Source: an uncultured Holophaga sp. (GTDB lineage Bacteria > Acidobacteriota > Holophagae > Holophagales > Holophagaceae). From it: a stretch of DNA of 64,000 bases. Under the pieces are notes generated by a model that saw nothing but the letters and a program-made list of their open reading frames with translations, was not told the origin of the DNA and did not search any database. Below, piece after piece: positions 19,769-31,227 of the stretch (the first letter of the stretch is position 1; every line of letters starts with the position of its first letter). Both the position numbers and the translations under genes were made by a program. The stretch covers positions 448,001-512,000 of the forward strand of contig OY761614.1 in assembly GCA_963664825.1 (NCBI GenBank), in the 5' to 3' direction.

Positions 19769-20435
19769 GCTTCACCTCAACCTCCGCAGCAAGGAAGCGC
19801 GCCGGGATCTCGCCGATCCCTACCAGCTTCACGCAACCCTGAGTCGAGCCTTCAGTCCCGCGGATGTGCCATGCCCGCCCGGGGCCTTCTTGTGGCGCCT
19901 GGAGCCCGAGACAGACACTTCTGGCGCCGCCCGCATCCTGGTTCAGAGTCGCGAGCTTCCGGAATGGGATCGCATTGCCTTGAAGGACTGGCTGGAACGT
20001 GCCCCCGATCCTGCGGTGGATCTCCGCAATCGTTTGGGATTGGACCACCTTCACGTCGGTCAACATTTTCGTTTCCGCTTAAGGGCCAATCCCAGCGCAA
20101 TCAAGGCTGGGCGCCGAGTCGGGCTTCTCAAACCGGAGGACCAGGAAGCTTGGCTCATCCGCAAGGGACAAGATCAGCACGGGTTTGAACTCCTACACCA
20201 GGATTCAGTCGATTTCTTCGATGGGGCTGATTCCAGACCTGACATTAGGACCTCCCAGCCCCAAACGCTCCGAGGCCGCCAGGTTTCAGGCAACACCATC
20301 CAAATTTTCTCAGCCCTCTTCGATGGAACCCTTCAGGTGACCCATCCGGATGCCTTTCGCGACGCCTTGGCCCGCGGCATCGGGCACGGGAAGGCTCTCG
20401 GCCTTGGCCTTCTGTCTGTTGTGCCCCTGCCATGA
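19755..20435 (+). CDS. cas6e: Type I-E Cas6e/Cse3 endoribonuclease
   Basis: DPYQLH, FRFRLRANP, C-terminal GIGHGKALGLGLL G-loop. Confidence 0.95.
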   Translation: MFLHRLHLNLRSKEARRDLADPYQLHATLSRAFSPADVPCPPGAFLWRLEPETDTSGAARILVQSRELPEWDRIALKDWLERAPDPAVDLRNRLGLDHLHVGQHFRFRLRANPSAIKAGRRVGLLKPEDQEAWLIRKGQDQHGFELLHQDSVDFFDGADSRPDIRTSQPQTLRGRQVSGNTIQIFSALFDGTLQVTHPDAFRDALARGIGHGKALGLGLLSVVPLP

Positions 20436-21343
20436 AACTCGAATCCAACCCCATCCCGATGAAGGAACGTTCCACCATGGTCTGGCTTCAGTACGGCCAG
20501 ATCGATGTGCAGGATGGTGCGCTGGTGCTCATCGACAAGGACGGGGTCAGGATCCACATCCCCGTGGGTGGGCTGGCTTGCCTGATGCTCGAACCAGGCA
20601 CACGCATCACCCACGGAGCCGTGGCCCTGGCGGCCTCGGTGGGTTGCCTGATCCTATGGGTCGGAGAAGGTGGCGTGCGCCTCTATTCGGCAGGGCAACC
20701 CGGCGGGGCTCGCTCGGATCGCCTGCTGTACCAGGCGAAACTGGCGCTGGATGACGATCTGCGCCTGAAGGTGATCCGATCCATGTACCGCTTCCGGTAC
20801 AAGGAGGAGCCCCCCGCTAGGCGCAGCATCGAGCAGCTCCGGGGCATCGAAGGCGTCCGAGTGAGGACCATGTACAAGCTCCTGGCCCAGGAGCATGGGG
20901 TGGAATGGGGGAGGCGCGAATATGACCCTGACGATTTCGAAAGCCAGGACCCTATCAACCGCTGCCTGAGCGTGGCCAATCACTGCATGTACGGCCTGTG
21001 CGAAGCCGCTGTCCTAGCGGCAGGCTACGCCCCGGCCATCGGGTTCATTCACACAGGGAAACCCCTCTCCTTCGTCTATGACATCGCTGATCTCTTCAAG
21101 TTCGAGACGGTGGTGCCCATCGCCTTCAAGGTCGCCGCCAGGAAGGGCAGCGAGCCCGAACGGGAGACGCGCCTCTACTGCAGGAACAGTTTCAGGAAGC
21201 ACAACCTGCTGGAACGTGTGATTCCAACCATCGAAGAGATTCTGGCTACGGGCGGTATCGCAATCCCCAAGCCCCACGAGGAAGCTGTTCCCATGGCCAT
21301 TCCCAACAAGGAGCAGACAGGAGATGCTGGTCATCGTGCTTGA
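20432..21343 (+). CDS. cas1: Type I-E Cas1
   Basis: LMLEPGTRITH, QLRGIEG, GFIHTGKPLSFVYDIAD. Confidence 0.97.
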   Translation: MKLESNPIPMKERSTMVWLQYGQIDVQDGALVLIDKDGVRIHIPVGGLACLMLEPGTRITHGAVALAASVGCLILWVGEGGVRLYSAGQPGGARSDRLLYQAKLALDDDLRLKVIRSMYRFRYKEEPPARRSIEQLRGIEGVRVRTMYKLLAQEHGVEWGRREYDPDDFESQDPINRCLSVANHCMYGLCEAAVLAAGYAPAIGFIHTGKPLSFVYDIADLFKFETVVPIAFKVAARKGSEPERETRLYCRNSFRKHNLLERVIPTIEEILATGGIAIPKPHEEAVPMAIPNKEQTGDAGHRA

Positions 21344-21659
21344 GAATGCCCCGCCCAGACTCAAGGGCTATCTGTCCCGCCTCCTGCTGGAACTCCGGGC
21401 CGGTGTCTTCATCGGCACCTATTCCACCCGAGTGCGGGAGCGCCTGTGGGAGACGATCCGGAAAGAGATTGGCCCAGGTAATGCCGTTCTGGCATGGGCA
21501 GCTCCCAACGACGCCGGATTCGATTTCGACACCTGCGGCGAGAACCGGCGAATCCCCGTCATCCTGGATGGCCTGAAGCTCTGCGCCTTCCGCCCGGAAG
21601 AGACCCCAAATCCAGTTGAAAAATCCGGTAGGTTCTTTGACAACGACACAAAGACTTGA
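21324..21659 (+). CDS. cas2: Type I-E Cas2
   Basis: MLVIVLENAPPRLKGYLS, GVFIG, ENRRIPV..DGLKL; about 20 extra C-terminal residues run through the leader. Confidence 0.94.
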   Translation: MLVIVLENAPPRLKGYLSRLLLELRAGVFIGTYSTRVRERLWETIRKEIGPGNAVLAWAAPNDAGFDFDTCGENRRIPVILDGLKLCAFRPEETPNPVEKSGRFFDNDTKT

Positions 21660-21681
21660 ATCAAGATGGTTAGAGGGAAGT
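21610..21681 (+). promoter_or_regulatory. CRISPR leader (overlaps the 3' end of cas2)
   Basis: AT-richer stretch next to the first repeat, with AAAATCCGGTAG (resembles the I-E leader upstream motif) and IHF-like AATCAA-N5-TTA at 21659-21672. Confidence 0.65.
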
Positions 21682-24600
21682 CCGTTCCCCGCACACGCGG
21701 GGATGATCCGTGAGTCGCTTGTACGTCCCTGGCTACGTCCCACCGTTCCCCGCACACGCGGGGATGATCCGAGCTGGCCGCCACCTCGCGTGCCGCCCTC
21801 CAACCGTTCCCCGCACACGCGGGGATGATCCGACGTTGCGTGATGAGGACGCCGAGGATCTGCGCCGTTCCCCGCACACGCGGGGATGATCCGGCTGATC
21901 TCTGCTCACGCGGGAGGCTGGGAGCCCGTTCCCCGCACACGCGGGGATGATCCGTGGGATTTCCTGTCCAAGGTGGACCTTTCCAACCGTTCCCCGCACA
22001 CGCGGGGATGATCCGCCAAGGCCACGGCCCAACCAGTGAGGTTGAGCCCGTTCCCCGCACACGCGGGGATGATCCGCGGCCATGCGAGAGGCTGGGGACC
22101 TCTCGGGCCCGTTCCCCGCACACGCGGGGATGATCCGATAGAGATGGCAATGCAATCAATGCCTCTCTTCCGTTCCCCGCACACGCGGGGATGATCCGAA
22201 GGACACCGCGACCCGGCGCATTGCCATCTACCGTTCCCCGCACACGCGGGGATGATCCGATCAATCAGGTCCTCGTCGCCCCTCACCAACTCCGTTCCCC
22301 GCACACGCGGGGATGATCCGCTCATGCGCCATGTGGAGCGGGCCGGACAGTTCCGTTCCCCGCACACGCGGGGATGATCCGTCCCATCGTCAATCCCGAA
22401 TTCGAGATCGGAGCCGTTCCCCGCACACGCGGGGATGATCCGGAGATCAGCAAACAAGGCGCCTTCTACACCGGCCGTTCCCCGCACACGCGGGGATGAT
22501 CCGGGACGTAGAGACAGGAAGGTCGGCACCCGGGACCGTTCCCCGCACACGCGGGGATGATCCGGCCACGGGCATTGAAAGCGCCACCCTCGATTACCGT
22601 TCCCCGCACACGCGGGGATGATCCGGGCTTCAGGCCGCCCCCCTTGCTCTCGGTGGACCGTTCCCCGCACACGCGGGGATGATCCGTCGGCGTGCCAGTA
22701 TTTGCCCACCTTGTGGAGCCGTTCCCCGCACACGCGGGGATGATCCGTTGCTGCTGGGTTAATCCTTTTTGTTCCCTAGCCGTTCCCCGCACACGCGGGG
22801 ATGATCCGCCTTCCTGGTCCCTGCCCTCCAGGCCCTGGGTCCGTTCCCCGCACACGCGGGGATGATCCGCTGCCCGTAGATGCTGGGCTTGCCCATGTCT
22901 TCCGTTCCCCGCACACGCGGGGATGATCCGTCTGATGTATTCCATGGTTGCCCCGCTGCACGCCGTTCCCCGCACACGCGGGGATGATCCGAAAGGAACT
23001 GAATCCCCATGGAAAACGAACTGCCGTTCCCCGCACACGCGGGGATGATCCGCCCGAGGCGACCTCGTCTTCCGTGCTGAATCGCCGTTCCCCGCACACG
23101 CGGGGATGATCCGGTTCACATGTGGCACTCCGGCAGCCGGGTCTGCCGTTCCCCGCACACGCGGGGATGATCCGCGCGGCTTTGATGAGCCCGTAGCCAT
23201 CAGGGTCCGTTCCCCGCACACGCGGGGATGATCCGAGAGGTGATGTAGGTGCCAGCCGCAACACCAGCCGTTCCCCGCACACGCGGGGATGATCCGGATC
23301 TCCAGAACATCCATGGCATGACTAAACGCCGTTCCCCGCACACGCGGGGATGATCCGATCGCATTGCGGGAAGCACTGGCACGAACGCTCCGTTCCCCGC
23401 ACACGCGGGGATGATCCGTGGCAGCGAGCGAGGATGCTTTCTCTATCGCGCCGTTCCCCGCACACGCGGGGATGATCCGGCCACGGGGATACCTCCCGCT
23501 GGGTGGCCCTGCCGTTCCCCGCACACGCGGGGATGATCCGGTGAGGTGGGGTTTCATCTGGCCGCCTTTGGCCCGTTCCCCGCACACGCGGGGATGATCC
23601 GATCACCCTGGCGGAGGCGCAGGCCTTGAAACACCGTTCCCCGCACACGCGGGGATGATCCGCATCCATCATCGCCTGTTGGGTAGGCCTGGCGCCGTTC
23701 CCCGCACACGCGGGGATGATCCGCGCCATTGCTACCGCCATGTGGTCGTTGTTTCCCGTTCCCCGCACACGCGGGGATGATCCGGTGTTGAGTTGATTCA
23801 TGGCTACTCCTCTCCCCCGTTCCCCGCACACGCGGGGATGATCCGCCAGTAATCGACGTAGGGCTGGGCTAGCTGGCCCGTTCCCCGCACACGCGGGGAT
23901 GATCCGCTCTACACCGATCCCAAGGGCAAGGCGCTCCTCCGTTCCCCGCACACGCGGGGATGATCCGCGGGTTTCGAGCCTATTGAGCACATCACTCACC
24001 CGTTCCCCGCACACGCGGGGATGATCCGCTCGACCTGGGTGAGGTGGTGGTTACTCGCCACCGTTCCCCGCACACGCGGGGATGATCCGTCCTGAGCGGC
24101 GGTCGCATTGTCAGCGGCCAGCCGTTCCCCGCACACGCGGGGATGATCCGGCCGCGTCCACGTTCAACAACCTTCCGCTCATCCGTTCCCCGCACACGCG
24201 GGGATGATCCGGGTGATCAGGAACGCATCAATGATATTCGCCACCGTTCCCCGCACACGCGGGGATGATCCGGCCGCGTCCACGTTCAACAACCTTCCGC
24301 TCATCCGTTCCCCGCACACGCGGGGATGATCCGAGATGCTGGCCATCGCCCTGGAGAACCGGATGCCGTTCCCCGCACACGCGGGGATGATCCGGACGGT
24401 GCGGCATGACGCGCTGGACCCTCCGACCGTTCCCCGCACACGCGGGGATGATCCGGGCCTCCCGCGCCGCGTTCTCCCAGCTCACGCCCGTTCCCCGCAC
24501 ACGCGGGGATGATCCGACCCAGAGCTGGATCCAGGGGTTCCCGGATGTCCGTTCCCCGCACACGCGGGGATGATCCGCTCGTAGCCGCAGCGAGATTAAT

Positions 24601-27600
24601 TGCAGAACTCCGTTCCCCGCACACGCGGGGATGATCCGCCGGTCCTGAATCCCGTGGCAACCTCCGCGTCCCGTTCCCCGCACACGCGGGGATGATCCGG
24701 GATGCCATCCATGGAAATGACGGCATGACATCCGTTCCCCGCACACGCGGGGATGATCCGAGCACGCGGCATGGAGTGACTCCGGGGAAACTCCGTTCCC
24801 CGCACACGCGGGGATGATCCGCCATCGGCATCTCTGGCGCCTACCTTTCCGCACCGTTCCCCGCACACGCGGGGATGATCCGCGAAACGGCGGACCCAAT
24901 ACTATCATCGCATCCCGTTCCCCGCACACGCGGGGATGATCCGTGTGGCCACGAGTTCATCGTCACCACTGCTTACCGTTCCCCGCACACGCGGGGATGA
25001 TCCGGTCTTCATGATGCTTTCTCCTTCCGCTCTGCCCCGTTCCCCGCACACGCGGGGATGATCCGTCCTCCCGATGCAGGTGACTGGCGAGGATGGCCCG
25101 TTCCCCGCACACGCGGGGATGATCCGGGAGGCAGCATGAGCGGAGGCGGCGGTCACATCCGTTCCCCGCACACGCGGGGATGATCCGCACCGGAAACGCC
25201 GGGAACTGATTCGGCTGGGCCGTTCCCCGCACACGCGGGGATGATCCGTTTTTCCGAGAACCATTCGAGAGCGGGATGCACCGTTCCCCGCACACGCGGG
25301 GATGATCCGACTCCGATCACCATCGAGTCCGAGGCGGACGGCCGTTCCCCGCACACGCGGGGATGATCCGGAAGCCGACCGCTCGGACATGCGCTGGGCC
25401 TTCCGTTCCCCGCACACGCGGGGATGATCCGCGGCTAAACATCCACCGTTCCGGCGATGGCACCCGTTCCCCGCACACGCGGGGATGATCCGTCCTTCAG
25501 GCGAATCTCGACATGGCCAAAATCCCGTTCCCCGCACACGCGGGGATGATCCGCGGGAAATGGGACTCGCATCGCGGGCAATGAACCGTTCCCCGCACAC
25601 GCGGGGATGATCCGGGGCAGCAAGAGAGCCTCCAGCAGGCCAAGACCCGTTCCCCGCACACGCGGGGATGATCCGCATCTCGCCTTTTTCCATGGCCCAC
25701 TTAGCAGCCGTTCCCCGCACACGCGGGGATGATCCGATCATTCCCGGACCCCACGCGGATCGTATTCGCCGTTCCCCGCACACGCGGGGATGATCCGCCC
25801 ACGGCCCCAGGACCATGGACGAGGCGAACCCGTTCCCCGCACACGCGGGGATGATCCGATTGGCGTCACGGGCGGTCGTTTCCAGCACGGCCGTTCCCCG
25901 CACACGCGGGGATGATCCGTAGCCATGTCAGACCACCCGCTTCAGGAGTTGCCGTTCCCCGCACACGCGGGGATGATCCGATCCGCCCGTTCATCGCGCC
26001 GCCTCCGAGCTGCCGTTCCCCGCACACGCGGGGATGATCCGCGTTGTAGTACCCGTAGCCCATCCCGACCCGGCCGTTCCCCGCACACGCGGGGATGATC
26101 CGAGCCACCCTGGTTTTAATCCCCAGCATGACCTCCGTTCCCCGCACACGCGGGGATGATCCGCAGTATCACAAGGTGTCGCTGATCCTCACGGGCCGTT
26201 CCCCGCACACGCGGGGATGATCCGTCCTGCTTTTTGATCTGATCTTGAGCCTCCAGCCGTTCCCCGCACACGCGGGGATGATCCGGGAGCGGGACTGGAG
26301 GCACGTAGGGCTGGCATCCGTTCCCCGCACACGCGGGGATGATCCGTGGGGGGCCTACAACGACACTCTCTCCACCGGCCGTTCCCCGCACACGCGGGGA
26401 TGATCCGGCACCTCGTACCCGTGGACCGTTGGCGCGGGCCCGTTCCCCGCACACGCGGGGATGATCCGATCTCGGCACCCTGGGCCAGCCAGTCACGGAG
26501 CCGTTCCCCGCACACGCGGGGATGATCCGTTCCGCGCCTGGCTGGAATTCCTTCATGCGGCCCGTTCCCCGCACACGCGGGGATGATCCGCAGCTCACGC
26601 ATGACCAACTTGGGAAACTGCTCCGTTCCCCGCACACGCGGGGATGATCCGCTGGCGTCATGAGCGAGAAGCAAACCTTCATCCCGTTCCCCGCACACGC
26701 GGGGATGATCCGTTCTCCCGATGCAGGTGACTGGCGAGGATGGCCCGTTCCCCGCACACGCGGGGATGATCCGGTGAAGCAGAACCCGATCGACAGCGAC
26801 CCGAACCGTTCCCCGCACACGCGGGGATGATCCGCGCAATGGCAGCTCTTAGCGCCAAATTGACGGCCGTTCCCCGCACACGCGGGGATGATCCGATTTA
26901 CCACGATCAAGGCACCAGCCATGCAGACCGTTCCCCGCACACGCGGGGATGATCCGTTCAACCTCATGGCGGCCATCTGCGCACAGGACCGTTCCCCGCA
27001 CACGCGGGGATGATCCGGATTTTCGGTCCTTCTCCGGGATCTCGGTCCACCGTTCCCCGCACACGCGGGGATGATCCGTCGAGATCCGTGTCCAGCACCA
27101 CGTTGATGCGCCGTTCCCCGCACACGCGGGGATGATCCGTGGAAACCGGATTCTTAGTTGTCGGGTGCCATCCGTTCCCCGCACACGCGGGGATGATCCG
27201 GAGACCCGATGCCGCTTGAAATTGAGCCCGAACCGTTCCCCGCACACGCGGGGATGATCCGTTCAGCGCCTGGCTGGAATTCCTTCATGCGGCCCGTTCC
27301 CCGCACACGCGGGGATGATCCGTGGGATTTCAATCCCTGGACAGGTGCCAGGGTCCGTTCCCCGCACACGCGGGGATGATCCGGGCGACGCGGTGATTAT
27401 GGCGGCCAGCGCGGACCGTTCCCCGCACACGCGGGGATGATCCGACTCCCGGGCAGCGGGGCCAGGCAGTAACGCCCCGTTCCCCGCACACGCGGGGATG
27501 ATCCGTCTTCGTAGTGGGCGGATAGGGCTGCAATCATCCGTTCCCCGCACACGCGGGGATGATCCGCCGGTGCTCATCGGCTATGCGGTTCACTTCAACC

Positions 27601-28341
27601 GTTCCCCGCACACGCGGGGATGATCCGCCGCGATCCGCGTGGCTGAGATGCTGTCCACCCCGTTCCCCGCACACGCGGGGATGATCCGCCCCGGGATTAC
27701 CGCTGGTGCGCCACCTGTTCCCGTTCCCCGCACACGCGGGGATGATCCGATTGGAGGTATGAGCAGGATTCCCCTCCCCCACCGTTCCCCGCACACGCGG
27801 GGATGATCCGGATTCAACCAAGGTCGAGATCATCCATCCCGTCCGTTCCCCGCACACGCGGGGATGATCCGCCACGAGACGGCTGTCCTTGCACTCCGGG
27901 GGACCGTTCCCCGCACACGCGGGGATGATCCGCAGCGCCCCCGATTCGTCCGGGCCACAGGCCGCCGTTCCCCGCACACGCGGGGATGATCCGTCCAGGA
28001 CGAGGCTCAAGCGGGCGGGGGAGATCCGTTCCCCGCACACGCGGGGATGATCCGCTGCTGGAGTTCGACCGTCATGCCGTGGCCTTCCGTTCCCCGCACA
28101 CGCGGGGATGATCCGGGGTTCAGGGTCGCCATCTTCTCGGGTGCAGACCGTTCCCCGCACACGCGGGGATGATCCGCGGAGCGCAGAACAGAGCCAAAGG
28201 CTGCGCATCCGTTCCCCGCACACGCGGGGGTGATCCGAGCACCCGGAAGCCCCATCAATGCGAGTGGTGCCGTTCCCCGCACACGCGGGGATGATCCGTT
28301 AGCTAGGGGGCGAGGCCCCCGGAAAGAGGACCGTTCCCCGC
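21682..28341 (+). CRISPR. Type I-E CRISPR array: 109 full repeats CCGTTCCCCGCACACGCGGGGATGATCCG, 109 spacers of 32 bp and one truncated terminal repeat
   Basis: Strict 61-bp period from 21682 to 28270 (6588/61=108); CCCCGC/GCGGGG stem; one variant repeat at 28209 (GGGGGTGATCCG); 11-bp partial repeat at 28331-28341. Confidence 0.99.
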
Positions 28342-28392
28342 TGTCAGGCGACATCTAAAACTGACCCCCTGGCGACAGAAGTATTGACCCCC
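28342..28392. mobile_element. Solo IS21-family-like terminal inverted repeat remnant
   Basis: Starts TGT exactly where the CRISPR repeat breaks; two tandem motifs GGCGACATCTAAAACTGACCCCC and GGCGACAGAAGTATTGACCCCC; no istA/istB and no partner end in the window. Confidence 0.7.
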
Positions 28393-28399
28393 GTGTTCC

Positions 28400-28587
28400 C
28401 CAGACGCTGAGGCCAGGCTCCGCCCGGTCGCAGCGTGGGGGTTCCGGGGAGGCATCGTGAGCGCCAGCAAGCAGGCGGTTCCGCCGAACAGCGCCAGACG
28501 CTGAGGCCGGGCTCCGCCTGGCCGCGGCGTGGGGGTCCCGGGGGGACACCGCGAGCAATAGCGAGCAGGCGGTCCCCCCGGACAGCG
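28400..28587. repeat. Two tandem about 94-bp palindromic (REP-like) units
   Basis: Units start at 28400 and 28494 with CCAGACGCTGAGGCC; each contains two imperfect hairpins. Confidence 0.8.
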
Positions 28588-28624
28588 CCGTCTCCCCCCG
28601 GACAGCATCGGCTAGAATCAGGCC

Positions 28625-28944
28625 ATGCCCCACCCCTCCCCAACCCCCGGCACCAGCACGACCACCAAGACCCGGTCCAAGGCCAAGCTGCAGCCGCCGG
28701 TCCTCTGGAAGGTGATCCTCCACAACGACGACTACACCACCCAGGACTTCGTGGTGTGGGTGCTCCGGGACGTGTTCCGGAAGGCCGAGGACGAGGCCGT
28801 GCGCATCATGCTGGATGTGCATCGCCGAGGCAAGGGCGTGGCGGGCATCTATCCCATGGACGTGGCCGACACCAAGCTCGCCAAGGTGAAGGAACTGGCC
28901 GAACGCAACGAATTCCCCCTGCTCTGCACGCTGGAGCCCGAATA

Positions 28945-28945
<1 letters not shown>
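28625..28945 (+). CDS. clpS: ATP-dependent Clp protease adaptor ClpS
   Basis: WKVILHNDDYTT.DFVV, IMLDVHRRGKGVAG, FPLLCTLE. Confidence 0.96.
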
Positions 28946-31197
<2,252 letters not shown>

Positions 31198-31227
31198 GGC
31201 TAGGCCGTTGTCACGGGAAGAGGCTGT

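Noticed and set aside
21955..27354. S5 and S93 share the prefix TGGGATTTC
   Set aside because: Only 9 nt are shared and the rest is unrelated; compatible with chance
21711..28330. Self-targeting spacers within the window
   Set aside because: No full-length match found by eye (S19 shares only a short stretch with clpA); a proper BLAST against the whole genome is still needed
21246..28354. Many minus-strand ORFs with GSSPRVRGT/RIIPACAGN/DHPRVCGER repeats
   Set aside because: These are translations of the CRISPR repeat, not genes
13208..28392. CRISPR-associated transposon (CAST) suggested by the IS-like end
   Set aside because: No tnsABC/tniQ or istAB in the window; Cas3 and the adaptation genes are intact, so this is a canonical interference system
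28435..28944. N-terminal extension of ClpA in the ORF track
   Set aside because: Overlaps clpS and the repeats; the real start is the coupled ATG at 28945
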